Shown: positions 40,888 to 51,005 of the stretch, piece by piece
Layout of the letters: every line of letters begins with the position of its first letter
Numbering within the stretch: position 1 is the first letter of the stretch
NCBI GenBank assembly: GCA_963749495.1
Contig: CAVVMW010000023.1
Coordinates: 288,001-352,000 of the forward strand
Direction: 5' to 3'
From: an uncultured bacterium
Lineage (GTDB): Bacteria; Verrucomicrobiota; Verrucomicrobiia; Limisphaerales; UBA8199
Length of the DNA: 64,000 nt
The notes under the pieces: generated by a model
What the model saw: only the letters and a program-made list of their open reading frames with translations
What the model was told of the DNA's origin: nothing
The model's database searches: none
Program-made: the position numbers and the translations under genes

Positions 40888-41127
40888 TGAGCTTGCGAGC
40901 GGAGGCCCAAGTGATCGGGCCATAATCGGCGGCGCCCTGTAAGAATTCCCCGAACGAATTCGCGCTTTGCGCCCCTGAACCTCGACGTTGCGTCCCCGTC
41001 CCGCGTAGCGTTTTGGACTGCCGCAGTCCAAAACCTTCGGACTTGGTGTCGGTTCATGGAGAGGGCGCCACAAGGTGCGGCTCCCAAAGGGCGGCTGGCA
41101 GAATTAACCTGGAAGCTCCGATCCCAG

Positions 41128-41197
41128 ACCTTTGTCGCAACCTCTGTCGAAAACCGGCCCAATTCGACAAAGGTTGCGACAAAGGTTGCGACAAAGG
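41128..41197. repeat. Inverted short tandem repeat (ctttgtcgcaac / cgacaaaggttg)
   Basis: cctttgtcgcaacctctgtcgaa followed by ttcgacaaaggttgcgacaaaggttgcgacaaagg. Related units at about 43650-43680. Confidence 0.75.
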
Positions 41198-41450
41198 CCC
41201 GGACTCGCGGCGCTCCTGGAAACAGGCGCTACACCCACCGGCTTGTTGCACCAAACATTTTGATTTTGCCAGCCGCTCTAAGCACCGGGTCCCGGCCTTA
41301 CAGGCCGCGGCCCTTTTCGCTGGGCACTGGCTTACCTGGGCCTCCGCTCCGCTCCAGCCCAGGCTATCACATGACGGGCCTTTGGCCCTCTGGCGCATCT
41401 CGTCCCTCATCCCTCGCTTGACAGGGGCGGTCTTTCGACGACATTCGCCG

Positions 41451-43634
41451 ATGCCGATCGAGAAAACGGGGGATGGCAACGCCGGGGCTGGAGAGGACCA
41501 GCCCGCCCTGCGCGCCCGCACCCCGGACGCTCTGAAAGACCTCGACCGCCCGATCGAGGAGTGCGTCGCCGCCTGTTTGCCCCGTTCGCACGCCCTGCTG
41601 GAAGGGGCGCGGCACAGCCTGTTCTATTCGCTGCCGGTCGCTTTTGACCCCGCCGAGGGGGCAGGCTGTTACCTGGCCACGGTGGACCGCGACGAAGCAG
41701 GCCGGCCCTGGCGGTTCATCGATATGGGCGCGCAAATCGCCACCTGCCCGTTTGGTGAGAACGATCCCGCGCTGACCAAGGCCATCCTGGCGGCGCTGCC
41801 GGCGGTCGTCAACCGCTACGCCCACAGCGAGTACCAGACGGTCCTGTCACTGGGTTTCAAGGCAGCCCTGGATCGGCTGGCGCCGGCCGGCACGCCGCGC
41901 CACTTCGTGGTGAACACGGGGGCCGAGACGGTGGAGAACGCCATCAAGGCCGCGCTCCTGGTCAGGTCGCGCATGGCCGGGGTCAAGGAGGGGGGCGTGA
42001 TCGTCTCCTTCGAGGGCGCCTTTCACGGCAGGACTCTCGGGGCGCTGGCGGTCACTCACCGCAAGAAGGCCCGCCTGGGCTTCCCCACCTTCGATTGGCC
42101 GCAGGCGAGCTTTCCGGTCGAGGACCCGCAATCGCCCGCGTCCACGGAGCGGCGCGAGGAGCGCAGCCTCCGGCAGGTCTGGGAGATGCTCCAGGGCAAA
42201 GGGCACGGCGGACGCGAGGCCTTTGCCGAGGAACTGGGGCGGATAGACCGGTTCCTGGCCCAGCCGGCAGAGATGGGGCCGTTCGTGGCGGCTCAACGGC
42301 AACGGCTGGGCGCCGAAACCCTCAAGCGCGCCTGGCGAGTGGCGGCGGTGCTGGTCGAGCCGATTCAAGGCGAGGGTGGAGGCCGCATGGCCAGCGCGCG
42401 TTTCTTCCGGCGGCTGCGGCTGCTCACGCTGATCTACGACGTGCCGCTGCTGTTCGACGAGGTGCAGACCGGGTTCGGCGCCACCGGGCGGCTTTGGGCG
42501 CACGAGCACTTCGAGCTGCCGGCGCCGCCAGACATCGTGATGTGGGCCAAGAAGGCCCAGAACGGCGTTCTCTTCGTGAGCGAGGCGCTGGCGGTCTTTT
42601 TCCAAGAGGAGAAGAAGTTCAACACGACCTGGGAAGGGGATTCGGTCGGGATGGTGCGCGCCATGGCGTGGCTGGAGCGGCTGGATTTGGCCCAGGTGCG
42701 CCGGACCGGGTCGCTGGCCCGAGGGGCGCTGGAAGGGCTGCAGGCGCGGTATCCGGAGCTGATCCAGAAGGTGCGCGGGCTGGGGGTGATGCTGGCCTTC
42801 GATGTGGCCCGCGCCGACTGGCGGGACGTGTTGCGCGACCGGGCCTTCCGGCGCGGGCTGATCCTGTTGCCCGCAGGCGAGCGGGCGCTCCGCTTCTATC
42901 CTCGCTACGACACGCCGGAGGCGGCGATCCGGGAGGCGGTGGAGATCCTGGCCGCGTCGGTGGAGGACATCCTGGCGCATGGGGCGGCGGTGCCGCTGGG
43001 CCCACTGGTGCGCGTGGGCGCCATGACCGCGCCGCCCGAGGCAGTCGAGGTCATCGAGTTGGACGCGCGCAACTTCCCGGAGCACCGGGCCGGGGTCATG
43101 GCAGTCGAGATCGAGCGTTACGGCTCGGTTTCGCACTACCCGCCCGATGTGCTGCGCGCCGGGCGGCGGCCGCTCCTCCAGTACCCGGCCGAGGTCATCG
43201 AGGCCACCCTTTCCAACCCGCGCGCGCTGGGCCTGGCCCTGCGCTTCTCGGGTCGCATCATTGCCTATGCCGTGGGCAGCCCGCTGGAGGACCACGACGA
43301 GCAAGGCGTCCACGATGACCCTCACTATGGCGAGCACCAGACCTTCTACTTGCTGGCCATGGCCATCCATCCGTTGATCCAGAATGCCGAGGAGATCGGA
43401 GGCCGACTGCTCGAGGCCCTGCGCGCTCGAGCGGTCCGGCAAGGCTACCTGCGCCTCTCGGCGCTGATCGAGGAGGGCTGGCGCGACTGCGGCCCCGCCT
43501 GGCTGCGCGCGGCCCCCGTGCTCCGGGTGGTGGATAATTACCTGCGCAGCGGAATCCGGTTTGTCTATGTGCAGGCGGAGATAGGCCAGGAGGCAGGCCC
43601 GCCGGACCCCGGGGCACAATCGTCAGGACAATGA
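41451..43634 (+). CDS. Class-III PLP aminotransferase (lysine 6-aminotransferase-like) with C-terminal GNAT-like domain
   Basis: NTGAETVENAIKAA, FEGAFHGRTLGAL, VEPIQGEGG, FDEVQTGFGATG, WAKKAQ and VRGLG. C-terminal IIAYAVGSPLE...FYLLAMAIHP...IGGRLLEAL. Confidence 0.85.
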   Translation: MPIEKTGDGNAGAGEDQPALRARTPDALKDLDRPIEECVAACLPRSHALLEGARHSLFYSLPVAFDPAEGAGCYLATVDRDEAGRPWRFIDMGAQIATCPFGENDPALTKAILAALPAVVNRYAHSEYQTVLSLGFKAALDRLAPAGTPRHFVVNTGAETVENAIKAALLVRSRMAGVKEGGVIVSFEGAFHGRTLGALAVTHRKKARLGFPTFDWPQASFPVEDPQSPASTERREERSLRQVWEMLQGKGHGGREAFAEELGRIDRFLAQPAEMGPFVAAQRQRLGAETLKRAWRVAAVLVEPIQGEGGGRMASARFFRRLRLLTLIYDVPLLFDEVQTGFGATGRLWAHEHFELPAPPDIVMWAKKAQNGVLFVSEALAVFFQEEKKFNTTWEGDSVGMVRAMAWLERLDLAQVRRTGSLARGALEGLQARYPELIQKVRGLGVMLAFDVARADWRDVLRDRAFRRGLILLPAGERALRFYPRYDTPEAAIREAVEILAASVEDILAHGAAVPLGPLVRVGAMTAPPEAVEVIELDARNFPEHRAGVMAVEIERYGSVSHYPPDVLRAGRRPLLQYPAEVIEATLSNPRALGLALRFSGRIIAYAVGSPLEDHDEQGVHDDPHYGEHQTFYLLAMAIHPLIQNAEEIGGRLLEALRARAVRQGYLRLSALIEEGWRDCGPAWLRAAPVLRVVDNYLRSGIRFVYVQAEIGQEAGPPDPGAQSSGQ

Positions 43635-43686
43635 CCCGGGGCCGGGGGACCTTCGTCGCAGCCTTTGTCGAAACCTTTGCCGGATC

Positions 43687-43910
43687 GCAAGGCCTCAGTG
43701 AAGGCGGCAGTGTCACGGGGGCAGACCCCTCACCCCGGCCCTCTCCCCTTCGGAAGGGGAGAGGGAGAGTTCCCGGTGGCGCTCTGAGGAAGCTCAGACG
43801 CCTGGAAGCTCGCGAGACTGCCGACGCCTCCCCCTCTCCCCTTTGGAAGGGGAGAGGGCCGGGGTGAGGGGTCCGCCCGGCACTCCATCTCCGCCCTCCC
43901 TGACCGATCC
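43687..43910. mobile_element. Family C composite REP element
   Basis: ggcctcagtgaaggcgg...ccgccctccctgaccg enclosing two inverted hairpins. Confidence 0.8.
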
Positions 43911-44105
43911 CCCCGCGTTACAAGTTCGCAACGGGGCTGCGCCGGCGCCCGTCCCTGCCGAGTGGAGGCTGGGCAGAGCGTTGTCCAGTCGAGGCCGAAG
44001 GCCTTTGTGACAAAGTGGCCGCAGACTGCAAACGCACGGCCTGGGACTGGAAGTGAATCCGCGCTCTGCTGGTAAGCTTCTGCCGGTTTGAAACTACCAA
44101 CGCAC

Positions 44106-45029
44106 ATGAAAACACTGAATTGCCTTCTCTTCGCAGCCCTTGCCGCAGGCACGGTCCCTGGCGCCGGCGCCATGAACTACACACCGACGGACCTGTTGCT
44201 GGTTTTTCGCCAGGACGGCCAAAAGGACGTTGAGTTCGATCTCGGCTCGATAACCAATTTCCTGGGAAAGCCGGCTGGGACGCGGGTCACGGTGGCCTAC
44301 GACTCGGCCACGGTGCTGGCCAACTTCAGCAGCCTGGACGGCGTCAGGTTCGGCCTGGTGGCCGCCAGCGGCCAGACTGACAGCCAGCCCCGGGTGTGGG
44401 TGACGGACGCGACGATCGCGACCGCACCGTCCGACCTGACCTACAGCGCGTTCGGCGTGTTGCGCGACAAGATCGAAAGCGTCGGCATCGCCGCGACCCT
44501 CGCCACGCTGAGCAACTCCGCCCCGTATGCGGTCTCGACCTCGTCCTCCTCATCGTACGACTACCTGGTCACCTCCGGCATCGGTTCGGCGGTGAGCACG
44601 ATGTACGGCGACTCGCCGGTCCCGATGGGGGGCGTGGTTCCGCTGCCGGTGGATGGGGCCAACCCGACAAGCCTCGCGCTCTACGAGGTGCAGGTCAGCA
44701 CGGCCAACCCGAAACCGGCCGCGACGCTGTCCGGCTCATTCACCCTCGATGCCAAGGGCGGCCTGACGTTCACCGCCGGGCAAGTGCCGCCCCTGCCGCC
44801 CACGACCATCCTGAACATCAGCGCGGACATCCAGAACAACATGAACACGATCACCTTCAACACCACCAACGGGGTCAACTACCAACTGCTCTACTCGACC
44901 GTGCTCCGGAGCAATTGGGCCCCCGTGCCCGGCGCCGGAACGGCTGCCGGCGACGGCACCGTCCAGAGCCTGACCGACTACAATCCCAGCGACGCGGCCC
45001 GTTTCTACCGCGTCCAGAGCACCTACTAA
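44106..45029 (+). CDS. Secreted Ser/Thr-rich protein with C-terminal RFYR-type domain
   Basis: Signal peptide, DLLLVFR...EFDLGS, GSFTLDAKGGLTF, and tail YQLLYSTVL..NW...D...ARFYRV. Confidence 0.82.
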   Translation: MKTLNCLLFAALAAGTVPGAGAMNYTPTDLLLVFRQDGQKDVEFDLGSITNFLGKPAGTRVTVAYDSATVLANFSSLDGVRFGLVAASGQTDSQPRVWVTDATIATAPSDLTYSAFGVLRDKIESVGIAATLATLSNSAPYAVSTSSSSSYDYLVTSGIGSAVSTMYGDSPVPMGGVVPLPVDGANPTSLALYEVQVSTANPKPAATLSGSFTLDAKGGLTFTAGQVPPLPPTTILNISADIQNNMNTITFNTTNGVNYQLLYSTVLRSNWAPVPGAGTAAGDGTVQSLTDYNPSDAARFYRVQSTY

Positions 45030-45086
45030 AGCCCCAACGCTCCCTCTTTTCATCACGAACTCAAAAAAACCAACGCGAACCAGAAT

Positions 45087-46172
45087 ATGAAACTGAACAG
45101 AATCCTTCTCCCGGTCCTCGCCGGCTCATTGATGAGCGGCGCGGCGCAAGCCCAGGTGCAATTGACCCTCACCGGCAGCACGTCCTTCCGCTCGATCACC
45201 TTTGATCGCGCGGGCGCGCTCTTCGATCCCGGTTTCCAGGTCAGCGGCAACACAAACGTGGGCCCGGCACCTATAGCGGCACCATGTCCAATGCCGTCCC
45301 GTCCCTGGGGCAGACCCCGGTGACGATTCGCATGAGCTTCTCGGGTTCGGGCGCGGGCATGACGGCCGTGGATGCGGCCACGCCGGTGCCGACCATCGAC
45401 CCGGTCGCGGGCACGACCAACAACCTGGCGCCCGACGTTCTCGATGTCGGACGTGTTCCCCGAGTCGGCGGCCCCGCCGCTGAACAGCGCCGATTTCGAC
45501 CAGGCCATTGTTGGCGTCATCCCGTTCGTCTGGGTGCGCAACAACGCGTTGGCCGGCATCACCAACATCACTCGCGAGCAGGCGGTTTTGCTGATGTCCT
45601 CCTCGGGCGTGGTCACCAACGGCACCCAGGTCATCCCCGGCATGCCGGCCAGTTTCCTGGGCGGCAGCAGCACCAACCCGGTCTATCTCACGGGGCGCGA
45701 CTCCGGCTCGGGCACGCGCATCACGACCCAGAAGGACATTGGTTACACGGGCGCCTCACCCAGGCTCTGGGGCCTGGACACCGCCGGCAATTTGGTCCTG
45801 ACCAACGGTTATTCCTCGGGCGGCACGGAACGGAATGTCGTCGCCAATAACCCGAACGTCATCGCCTACCTTGGCGTGGCGGACGCCGCAGCCATCGCCA
45901 GCTCGGCCTCGATCATCTCTTACGAGGGGGTTGCCTTCTCGGTCCACGCCGTTCAGAGCGGCAGTTACCCGATGTGGGGTTACGAGCATTTGGTGAGCCG
46001 CAAAGGGCTGAGCGCCAACCAGGCGGCCATTCGCAACGCCCTCGTGGCGGCCATCTCCAACCAGGGCTACCAAACCACCAACACTCTCTACACCGTCAGT
46101 TTTGTGGACCAGGCAAATATGCACGTGCGCCGGGGTACTGACGGCGGCACGATCACCTCACTCGACTTCTAA
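45087..46172 (+). CDS. PstS-like periplasmic binding protein (frameshifts near 45265 and 45435)
   Basis: Signal peptide, LTGSTSFR, SGSGAG, GRDSGSGTR, SSG, IAYLG and GSYPMWGYEH, similar to phosphate-binding PBP motifs. Confidence 0.7.
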
Positions 46173-46190
46173 GGTGATGTCGGTCCGCAA

Positions 46191-46224
46191 GCCGGCGCCG
46201 AGAGGCGGCGCCGGCATTTTTTTT
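46191..46224 (+). terminator. Rho-independent terminator
   Basis: gccggcgccg-agagg-cggcgccggc followed by a and T8. Confidence 0.88.
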
Positions 46225-46273
46225 GTCAGATGAGTCGGTCTGGTCGGACCGGTCTGACCTGTCCGACGGGTCC

Positions 46274-46326
46274 CTTTCACGGGAACGTCACCTGGACGAC
46301 ATGTTCCTGTAACAAAGGTCTGTCAT
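46274..46326 (+). promoter_or_regulatory. Pho-box-like 11-bp periodic direct repeats
   Basis: ttcac (46276), gtcac (46287), gacat (46298) and gtaac (46309) are 11 bp apart, plus ctgtcat at 46320. Confidence 0.4.
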
Positions 46327-46340
46327 GGCCTTAGTAGTCG

Positions 46341-49036
46341 ATGAAGACCCTGGTGCACCTGCACGTCGAAGAGATCCTGTTGCTGCCGGGCCAGGAGTGG
46401 ATGGACGCGGCCGCGGCGTGGCATTTGGTGCGGGTCACGCGCGGGGCGGCTTACTGGCTGGGACCGGGCCGGAGCCGTTCTCTGGTTGAGGGGGAGGTGC
46501 TGGTCATTCCGCCGGCAGCGGAGGGCCTGGTGCGCGCCAGCCAGATCAACGAGGTCCTGTTGCACGGCTTCAATTTCGCCCCGGATCTGCTCTGCGGTTT
46601 CCTCACGCTGACGGAGCGCCACTACTTCGAGCAGGTCAGCGGGCAGCCGCCCGGCGAGGTCAGGTTCCTGCCCACGACCCACGCGGCGGCGGAACGGTTC
46701 GCGGCCCTGGCGGCAGCCGCCCCCGCTGCGCGGGGCCTGGCCCGGCGGGTCGAGACGTTGAACATCCTGGCCGCGGTGTTTGACGAGGAAATCGCGCGCC
46801 ACCGGATGCCCGCCTCGCGCAGCACCTCAGCGGGCCATCGCTTTGTCCAACTCATTACCCGCATGCCCGACCTGGAACTGATCAACCACGCCCCCGACGA
46901 ACTGGCCCAGCTTTGCGGGTGCAGCCCGCGCCACTTCAATCGCCTGTTCCACAAGCAGTTCGGCACCTCCGCCAGGGCACGCCAAACCGAGTTGCGCCTG
47001 CTCAAGGCGCGCCAGTTGCTCTGCGGCAGCGATGCAAAGATCATCCAGGTGGCCCTGGACTGCGGCTACCGCAACCTCGGCCTGTTCAATTCGCTGTTCA
47101 AGCGGCGGTTCGGCTTGACCCCCTCCGAATGCCGCCAAAAGGCCGCCAAAGAGACCGGCAAGGCGCGCAGTCTCATCGCCGGGCTGGCCCTGTTGCTCCT
47201 GGGCAGCGCCGCCGGCCTGGGCGCCGGGAAACCGGACGCCGCGCCCCCAGCGGCGCCTTCCACCAACGCCCCGGTCTTCGCCGTCAGGGGCTACGAATTG
47301 CAGGGCAACACGCTGCTCGCGCCGTCCATCACCGGGCCGCTGTTCCAACCGCACACCGGCCCGGCGGTCAGCCTGGACTCGATCCGCCAGGCCCTGGCCG
47401 ACCTGAAGATGGCCTACCACAACCGCGGTTATGTGACCGTGGCCGTGACCCTGCCCCCTCAGCGGCTTACCAATGGCATCGTCACGGTCCAGGTCACCGA
47501 GGGGCGCCTGGCCGAGATCAATGTCCTCAACAACCATTATTTCACCTCGAACAACGTGATGCGGGAACTGCCCTGCCTCCACACCAACCTCATCCTCAAC
47601 GCCCTGATCTTTCAGCAGGAACTGGACCGCGCCAACGCCAATCGCGACCGCCAAATCTACCCGGTCCTCTCGCCGGGCCCGAGCCGGGCACCACGCGCCT
47701 GGACCTCAAGATCAAGGACCGCCTCCCGCTTCACGCCCACATCGAGCTGAACAATTATTCGACCCCCAACACGCCCGAGTTGCGGGCCAACCATGCCCTG
47801 GTCTATGACAACCTCTGGCAGCTCAACCATCAGGCCGGCGCCCAATACTCCTTCTCCCCGGAGGCACACAAGCAGGGGAGCTACCCGTTCTACGACTCCC
47901 CGCTCATCGCCAGCTACAGCGCCTACTACCGGCTCCCGCTGGCCGGTGTCAATGGCCCCGCGCGGGCACGCGAGTATGCCTTGACCGACTTCGGCTACGA
48001 CGAGGCCACACGCCGGTTCCGCCCCCCGCCGCCCAGCGGGACCAGTGAACTGCTCTTCTTCGCCTCGCGCTCCTCTTCGGACACGGGCCAGTTGTTGCAA
48101 AGCTCGACGCTCAGCCCGGCAGTCGTGCCGCCGGCAGGCGGGCTGCAGGTCCGCGACCAACTGCTCAACCGGACGCTCAATCCGAACGAAGACCTGGGCG
48201 GGCGCTTCTCCAAACCGCTGCCGCCGGCCTGGGGCATCGGGTCGAGCGTCTCGGCCGGCCTGGACTTCAAGAACTACCGTTCCCGCTCGCTCCTGACCCG
48301 GACGTTCGGGGCGACCCTCTTCGTCCCGGAATTCGGCTCGACGGGTCCGCCCTTTGTCGAGTTCCCCTCGCCGCCGACCTCGACCTCGCAGGAGACGTTT
48401 GCCTCGGTGCATTACCTGCCGCTCTCGCTTAGTTGGGAGGCTTCTCGACCGGACCGGAGCGGGCTGACCAGTTTCACGCTCGGCCAGAGCTTCAATTGGG
48501 GCGGACTGCTCAGCGGCAAAAAAGACTTCCAGGCCGCCACCGGCTCGACCAACACCGATGGCACCTACTACGTGGTGACCGCCGGCCTGACGCGCGAACA
48601 GAAGGTCTATGGAGAATGGGGTGTGCGCCTGCACGCCGATGGCCAGTGGGCCAATGAACCGTTGATCAGCAACGAGCAGTTCAGCCTGGGCGGGCTGGCG
48701 GGCGTGCGCGGCTACCGGGACGGCGCTGAATACGGCGACACCGGCTGGCGAATCCAATTCGAGCCGCACACCCCGTACCGCAACCTGGCCTTGCTCTTCG
48801 ACAAGGTCCCAGCGGTGGGCCGTCTCTACACCTTCGTGGATTACGGCGAGCGCTACTTGATCGACCCCGGCGCACGCAAAGGGTCGGTCCCCATGCTTGG
48901 CGCCGGCGGCGGCCTGGACCTGAGCCTGGGTGAGCACGCCGACATCCACCTGGTCCTTGGGGTGCCGTTGCTCAGCACGCCGGATCGGGCCAGCGGGCGC
49001 CTGCGGGCCGAGTTTAGTCTCTCGGCGCAGTTTTAG
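46341..49036 (+). CDS. AraC-family HTH regulator fused to a POTRA + ShlB/FhaC (TpsB) outer-membrane barrel (frameshift near 47680)
   Basis: AraC signature ELAQLCGCSPRHFNRLF...VALDCGYRNLGLFNSLFKRRFGLTPSE, then a hydrophobic helix, POTRA (FAVRGYELQGNTLL...YHNRGYVTV.V.LPPQ...VTEG), barrel with EQFSLGGLAGVRGY, and terminal SAQF. Confidence 0.82.
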
Positions 49037-49047
49037 AAGGACGGATC

Positions 49048-49157
49048 GGAGTGCGCCCGTCCTCGGGCGCAGCAGCGACGGAGCGGGCAGGCACGACGGA
49101 GTACTTGACCGCTGCCCTGGCTGGGGACGTTGCTGCGCCCGAGGACGGGCGCACTCC
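49048..49157. repeat. REP-like doublet, family E
   Basis: ggagtgcgcccgtcctcgggcgcagca...tgctgcgcccgaggacgggcgcactcc. Confidence 0.85.
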
Positions 49158-49300
49158 GGTCCGGTCCCCTGCTTTGGGGGCGGTGTCGGGTTACGCCCCA
49201 ATGACGGGTGCGCGACAAAAAAGTAACCAAAATTTGAGCAGGCCCGCCTGCTGATTGATTTTTGTTGCTATATTGTATCTAGTTAGATACAATACGCACC

Positions 49301-49687
49301 ATGACCGCTTCGCTTTCTCAGCTCGAAGACCGGCGCGAGCAGATCCTTGAACAGATCAAGGCTATCAACCGGTTGCGCCGCGGCTCCTTAAGCCGCCAAT
49401 TCTTCAAGAAACCCCGCGCTGGCTCCAAAGCCCCCCAGGGCCCTTACTACGTGCTCCAAGCCTACTTCCATGGGCAGAAGTTCGCCGAGCGCATCCCGGC
49501 CGATCAGGCCCCCCAAATCGAACCCCTTGTTGCCAATTACAGACGCTTTAGCGAACTGGCCGAGGAGTTTGTCACCGTCACCGACCAAATCACCCGCCTG
49601 AGTCAAGCCGCCCCCGACGCAAAAAAAAACTCCAGACCGAAGTCGGGCAGGAGCGATTCCGGGAAGCCAACGCCTTCATCCGGTTAG
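49301..49687 (+). CDS. IS orfA (DUF6788-like small protein)
   Basis: LRRGSL...QGPYY...NYRRFSELAEEF, ending near the A9 run (DAKKNS). Confidence 0.75.
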   Translation: MTASLSQLEDRREQILEQIKAINRLRRGSLSRQFFKKPRAGSKAPQGPYYVLQAYFHGQKFAERIPADQAPQIEPLVANYRRFSELAEEFVTVTDQITRLSQAAPDAKKNSRPKSGRSDSGKPTPSSG

Positions 49688-51005
49688 TCCAAGGGCAGTG
49701 GCAACAGCAGGGAGTGCGCAATCTCGAGGCGGTGGAAATTGGCCTGCGCGAGGCGCTCTTCCGCGATGCCTGTGGGATTCTGGGGGATTTGCTCAACGAC
49801 CCGGCGCTGCCGGTGCCCGAGGATCAGGGCCGCCCAGGCGAAAGGTGCCACGCCGGCCGGCCCAAGGAGCCGCTGACCCTCTTCGGGCTAGTGGCCCTAC
49901 GGCGCAACTATTACTATTGGGCGAGCCGGGAGCAAGGCCGTGCCCCGCTGGACCAGGCGCTGGGTCTGTGGGCAGGCTATTCGCCCGGGGTGCTGCGGAT
50001 CATTTGCCGCGCGGCCGCGCGCCATCCCTTCGACGTGGCGGCGGCCGAGCTCAAAGCCTATTGCGGGCTGCAGGTCGAAGGCCGCCAGATTCAGCGCATC
50101 GCTCAGGAAATGGGACCGCGGGTGCGGGCGGTCCAAGAACAATTGCCTCCCTTCAAGCATGACTCGGGCCTGATTCCCGTCATGTATATCGCCGTTGATG
50201 GCACCGGGGTTCCCATGCGGCCCGAGGAATTGGAAGGCCGTGCCGGCAAGCAACCCGATGGCTCAGCCAAGACCCGAGAGGTCAAGTTGGCTTGTGTGTT
50301 TACCCAAACCACCCTTGATGAGGAGGGATTGCCGTTGCGGGACTTTGAGTCCTCCAGCTACGTGGCAGGCTTTGAAGAGGCACCCGATTTCATGGTGCGG
50401 GCACGCCAGGAGGCCCTCCGCCGCCGTCTGCCGGCAGCGCAGGTGTCGGTGCTGCTGGGCGACGGGGCTGCCTGGATTTGGGACCACGGGGCGAAGTGCT
50501 TCCCGATGGCCTTCCAAATTCTGGACTTGTATCACGCCCTGGAACATCTCTCCGACCTGACGAAATTGCTCGAACCGGACCCTGCCGCCGCCCAGGCCCT
50601 GTGGCGAACTTGGCGCGAGCAGTTCTTGGCCGACGACGTGGAGGAAGTCCTGCGTCAAGCCCGGGAAAGGACGGGCAAACTGGCCGCTCAGACTGCTGAA
50701 TCAGCAGGCAAGCAGATCGCATACTTCGAGCACAACCAGAGCCGTATGCTCTACGCCACCTACCGCGCTTTGGGATTTTTCTACGGCTCGGGGGTGGTCG
50801 AAGCCGGCTGCAAAACGGTTATCGGCGGACGCTGCAAGTGCTCCGGCATGCTTTGGTCAGAAGAGGGAGCTACCCACGTCCTGGATTTGCGCTGCGCTCT
50901 GTATGGCAACCAATTCGACCAAGTTCTGGGATCGCTTAAACCAAAGCGATTACCTGCGAATTCGCGTTGCCAACCCCCCGGCTCAAGCCGAGGAAGCTGC
51001 GTAAT
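49624..51005 (+). CDS. ISKra4-like DDE transposase (orfB, -1 frame relative to orfA)
   Basis: YIAVDGTGVP, REVKL, LGDGAAWIW, ILDLYHALEHL and GSGVVEAGCKTVIGGRCKCSGMLW. Probable 1-nt indel near 50922, so the end is approximate. Confidence 0.87.

Noticed and set aside
41013..41450. Long N-terminal extensions of the aminotransferase ORF (and similarly the ORF starting at 60921)
   Set aside because: They translate intergenic repeats. Better starts are at 41451 and 61188.
43915..44035. Second Pho-box-like region upstream of 44106
   Set aside because: Only two weak units at 11-bp spacing, too degenerate to support.
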